From the NCBI GenBank assembly GCA_913041815.1, contig CAJWJE010000002.1:13944-77943 (forward strand): a DNA stretch of 64,000 nt, given 5' to 3'. The stretch's first letter is position 1; the number at the start of each line of letters is the position of its first letter. The position numbers were made by a program, and so were the translations under genes. This document shows, in pieces, positions 61,021 to 64,000 of the stretch. Under the pieces are notes generated by a model. The model worked only from the letters and a program-made list of their open reading frames with translations. It did not search any database and was not told the origin of the DNA. Origin of the DNA: an uncultured Rhodobacteraceae bacterium. GTDB lineage: Bacteria; Pseudomonadota; Alphaproteobacteria; Rhodobacterales; Rhodobacteraceae.

Positions 61021-61635
61021 GTGGCCCGCCCCATCGCCAAGGATCACCGCGAAAAACGCAGCGCAATCTTGAAACAGGCCGCGGTCTATTTCGCAGAGCA
61101 TGGCTATGATCGCGCGTCTGTCAATGGGGTCGCGGGAGCCTGTGGCATCTCCAAGTCACTGATTTATCATTATTATGAAAGCAAAGAACAGCTACTTTTT
61201 GACATTTTGCATAGCCATCTCACAACGCTCTATGACGGCCTAAGAGCCCTACCACCGGCGGCGGATCCTGAGGCACAGCTGCGTCAACTGGTGAGAAAAC
61301 TGCTACAGATGTACCGTGGCGCAGATGCGGAGCATAGATTGCAGTTGCAAAGCACAACAGCCCTGCCCAAAGCGCAACGCCACATCCTTGCGGACATCCA
61401 AAGGTCAATCGTCAAAGAGTTTTCCGAGGCCATTCACGCGGCAGCACCCCAATACCTCGGGCAAGAGCCAGATCATTTGCGTCCACTGACCATGTCGCTC
61501 TTTGGCATGGTTAATTGGTTCTACCTCTGGCACCAACCCGGCCGCGGCTTGAACCGGGAAGCCTATGCTGATCTGGCGACCGAAATTCTCTTCGGCGGCT
61601 TGGCGCGCCTTCAAAACCAGGCGCACTCACCTTAA
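61021..61635 (+). CDS. TetR/AcrR-family transcriptional regulator (PaaR-like by position)
   Basis: N-terminal TetR HTH (R..IL..A...F.E.GY...S....A...GISK..IYHYY.SKE.L). GTG start 3 nt after the paaK stop. Confidence 0.8.
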   Translation: MARPIAKDHREKRSAILKQAAVYFAEHGYDRASVNGVAGACGISKSLIYHYYESKEQLLFDILHSHLTTLYDGLRALPPAADPEAQLRQLVRKLLQMYRGADAEHRLQLQSTTALPKAQRHILADIQRSIVKEFSEAIHAAAPQYLGQEPDHLRPLTMSLFGMVNWFYLWHQPGRGLNREAYADLATEILFGGLARLQNQAHSP

Positions 61636-62078
61636 TCCGCAGGGGCCAGAATATGCCCCATGCGCTGCATCGCCAGGCTGTAGCCCTGGACGCCGAACCC
61701 CGCAATCACCCCATCTGCTCGCAAAGAGACATAGGAGGAATGGCGAAAATTCTCGCGTTTATGCACATTTGAAATATGCACCTCGAGCACTGGGCCATCA
61801 AAGGTATGCAAAGCATCGAGCAAAGCCACCGAAGTATGAGTAAAGGCTGCTGGGTTAATGATAATGCCCGCTGAGGTTTGCCGCGCTGTGTGGATCATGT
61901 CTATCAGCGCGCCTTCATGATTGCTTTGCATCAACTCGCAGCGCAGACCGAATTGCGCCGCCACCGCTGCGCAGGAAGTTTCCACATCCTCTAATGTGTC
62001 ATGCCCATAAATCTCCGGCTGACGTTGTCCCAAAAGGTTTAAATTTGGACCGTTCAAAATCGTAATGAGTTGCGCCAT
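61632..62078 (-). CDS. aroQ: Type II 3-dehydroquinate dehydratase
   Basis: [17 protein letters not shown] and SN.EG..ID..H, INP.A.THTSVA motifs. Start set at the ATG at 62078. Confidence 0.93.
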   Translation of the reverse strand: MAQLITILNGPNLNLLGQRQPEIYGHDTLEDVETSCAAVAAQFGLRCELMQSNHEGALIDMIHTARQTSAGIIINPAAFTHTSVALLDALHTFDGPVLEVHISNVHKRENFRHSSYVSLRADGVIAGFGVQGYSLAMQRMGHILAPAD

Positions 62079-62159
62079 GATCTCAGTTCCATCTCGTTTG
62101 TCATCTGGCCATGCCATAGTTTTGCAGCAATTGCGACTGTTTCTTGCCCGGTGCTGAAA

Positions 62160-63551
62160 TTATGAGGCCAACTCGCAGATCACATCATAGGCAAATTGCA
62201 CGTCGTCTTGGGTCACATCAAATTGACCAATCTGGAACCGCACGGCAATCTGCCCATCTACATTGGTTTGTGTAATATAGATCCGCCCATCGTCATTGAT
62301 ACGGTTTACAAAAGCAATCTGCGCCGCATCATCGCGCCCGATAAGTCGAAAGGTAAACAGGGACAAAACCGGCGCAGTGACAATCTCAAATTGCGGATGC
62401 TGTGACAGTTTTTCGGCTAAACTTTTCGCCCAAGCCACATGATTGCGCAGCCGCGACCGCAGGGCCTCAAGCCCATAGCTGCGCAGTAAAAACCATAGCT
62501 TTAAGGCCCGGAACCTCCGCCCCAGGGGCAAAGACCACTCCGAATAATTTATCACTCCGTCGTGGGCATGAGTTTTAAGATATTCCGGCTGAATGGCCAA
62601 AGTTTTCACCAAGCTTGCGGGATCTGCGAGGAAATGCGCAGAGCAATCAAACTGTGCACCCAGCCATTTATGTGGATTAAACACAACGGAATCCGCGCCT
62701 TCGACTCCCGCCCAAAGCTCACGAAATTCAGGGCAGATCATTCCCGCGCCGGCCCAAGCAGCATCCACATGACTGTAAAGGCCAAACTCTTTGGCCAGAT
62801 CAAGCACCGCTGCAATATCATCGCAGGCGCCCGTGCCCGTGCCACCGGTACAGGCGATCAGCCCCGCCGGCAAATTCCCTGCCGCAATATCGGCCTCAAT
62901 CGCTGCGCCCAGCGCCGAGGGATCCATGCCGCGGCGGGTACCACAAATGGGGATACGCACGAGATTGTCTTGACCAATGCCCGCCACCCAAATAGCGCGA
63001 TCTACAGATGTGTGCACTTCTGACGAGCAATAAATACGCAGCCGTGGCGCTCCGGACAAACCAGAGCGATTGCCCTGCCAATTCAACGCCCGCTCGCGCA
63101 TGGTCAAGACCGCCGCCAATGTCGCAGAGGAGGCTGAATCTTGAATGACACCAGAAAATGTAGAGGGCAGACCAATGGCTTGGCGCAACCAATCGAGCAT
63201 CACGGTTTCCATCTCCGTCGCCGCCGGTGATGTCTGCCAGAGCATACATTGCGCCGCAATGGTTGAGACCAGCATCTCCGCCAACATAGACGGAGGGGCC
63301 GCATTGGCTGGGAAATAGGCAAAAAACCTCGGGTGCTGCCAATGAGTCATTCCTGGCATCACAACCCGCTCAAAATCAGCCATGATCTTATCCATGGGCT
63401 GCGGTGCCTCTGGAGCGCTTTGCGCAATAAGAGCCGCCACATCCCCCGGCGCCGTCTGAGCCCGCACCGGGCGATCGCGCAGGGTTTTATGGTAGTCTGC
63501 GGCCCATTGAGAAATTTTCGCACCCCAGTCAGAAAATTCATCCCAGTGCAT
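62160..63551 (-). CDS. Group II PLP-dependent aromatic-L-amino-acid decarboxylase
   Basis: THWQHP.FFAYFP, W..SPA.TE.E and the PLP-lysine motif NPHKWL are typical of DDC/TyrDC-type decarboxylases. Confidence 0.88.
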   Translation of the reverse strand: MHWDEFSDWGAKISQWAADYHKTLRDRPVRAQTAPGDVAALIAQSAPEAPQPMDKIMADFERVVMPGMTHWQHPRFFAYFPANAAPPSMLAEMLVSTIAAQCMLWQTSPAATEMETVMLDWLRQAIGLPSTFSGVIQDSASSATLAAVLTMRERALNWQGNRSGLSGAPRLRIYCSSEVHTSVDRAIWVAGIGQDNLVRIPICGTRRGMDPSALGAAIEADIAAGNLPAGLIACTGGTGTGACDDIAAVLDLAKEFGLYSHVDAAWAGAGMICPEFRELWAGVEGADSVVFNPHKWLGAQFDCSAHFLADPASLVKTLAIQPEYLKTHAHDGVINYSEWSLPLGRRFRALKLWFLLRSYGLEALRSRLRNHVAWAKSLAEKLSQHPQFEIVTAPVLSLFTFRLIGRDDAAQIAFVNRINDDGRIYITQTNVDGQIAVRFQIGQFDVTQDDVQFAYDVICELAS

Positions 63552-63824
63552 TTTTCGCCCCTTCTGTTTATATCACAGCCCCGGTGCAGGCCTCCAACCA
63601 AGGCCACAGCCACCGCAGATTGCGCAAGATGTAGCATAGCGCTCCTCTCTGAGCCCGCAAGCACAACGATCTGTGCTGTGCGTATTGTACAATTTAACAT
63701 TGACCCCCGGCGCACAAAACGTCAGCTTCAAAGCGCAGAGCCGCAGCCCCATGACCTCAGCGATGGGTGCTATGGCGGCATAGCACCCACGGCGGCGGAG
63801 GGTGCCAAAACTCGGGAGACCGCT

Positions 63825-64000
63825 TTGGATTTTCAAGGCAAAACGATTATCCTCACAGGTGCCGCAGGCGGCATTGGCGCGGCGCTCGCCCGTGAATTTG
63901 CCGCGCGTGGCGCGCAGTTGGCGCTCTGTGACCTCAATTGCTCCGCGCTGAGCGCGCTCGCTCAAGAGCTGGGTGCGCGGCCGATGGTCTGCGATGTGAC
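63825..64000 (+). CDS. Short-chain dehydrogenase/reductase (SDR), C-terminus outside window
   Basis: Translates to ..FQGKTIILTGAAGGIGAALAREFAARGAQLALCDL... (TGxxxGIG Rossmann motif), and the frame is open to the window end. The TTG start at 63825 after GGGAGA is tentative. Confidence 0.6.
   Translation, partial: MDFQGKTIILTGAAGGIGAALAREFAARGAQLALCDLNCSALSALAQELGARPMVCDV

Noticed and set aside
63573-63965. A 130-aa minus-strand ORF spanning the decarboxylase/SDR intergenic region.
   Set aside because: It is Cys/Arg/Gly-rich with no motif, and it overlaps the clear SDR N-terminus (TGAAGGIG) encoded on the plus strand. It is most likely spurious.
1-64000. CRISPR arrays, tandem repeats, rRNA or tRNA genes, and defence, toxin-antitoxin or secretion gene sets.
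   Set aside because: I noticed no regularly spaced direct repeats and no cloverleaf-like or rRNA-like sequence in the intergenic regions. Every ORF of appreciable size has either a housekeeping or metabolic family assignment or is a shadow ORF. A computational repeat, tRNAscan or Infernal pass would be needed to be certain.

Overview
This 64-kb chromosomal segment reads like a Rhodobacterales-type alphaproteobacterium. Coding is GC-rich and dense, and gene order is typical: ihfB-lapA-trpFB, aroA-cmk, metK-trmB, lnt-ybeX-ybeY-phoH-miaB and irr-fabA-fabB-fabI. I can support about 60 protein genes, 3 probable gene remnants or frameshifted genes, several intrinsic terminators and one candidate riboswitch. 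I recognised no rRNA, tRNA, CRISPR array, transposase or integrase.

Content from left to right:
- lldD (5' part cut by the window edge), a BCCT transporter, an MFS transporter, rplY-pth, a DUF2332 remnant and a DUF2237 gene.
- trpB-trpF-lapA-ihfB-rpsA on the minus strand.
- An accessory cassette (CHMI-like tautomerase, LacI regulator, PhyH dioxygenase, aldo/keto reductase) sitting between rpsA and cmk-aroA.
- trmB, metK, lnt, ybeX, ybeY, phoH and miaB.
- A conserved hypothetical split at an A6 run, then irr and fabA-fabB-fabI.
- A regulator-less accessory block: dehydratase, haloacid dehalogenase, hydrolase, MFS, Zn-ADH, enolase-superfamily enzyme.
- A GcvT-family remnant, a rhodanese, gcvTHP and a DadA-like oxidoreductase.
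- A sharply low-GC potFGHI island.
- A TRAP transporter (dctPQM) divergent from a second PhyH dioxygenase.
- A phenylacetate (paa) catabolic cluster, paaEDCBA-paaX-paaZ divergent from paaG-I-J-K-tetR.
- aroQ, an aromatic-amino-acid decarboxylase, and the start of an SDR gene.

I do not see a convincing wholly new multi-gene system such as a defence or secretion locus. The most unusual items are:
- the compositionally foreign pot island;
- a pseudoknotted metK leader that fits the Rhodobacterales-restricted SAM/SAH riboswitch class;
- the dual-regulator paa cluster with an adjacent decarboxylase-aroQ pair;
- the homopolymer frameshift in a conserved hypothetical;
- the accessory cassette interrupting the cmk-rpsA neighbourhood.

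All functional calls come from reading the translated ORFs against remembered family motifs. No database search was run.
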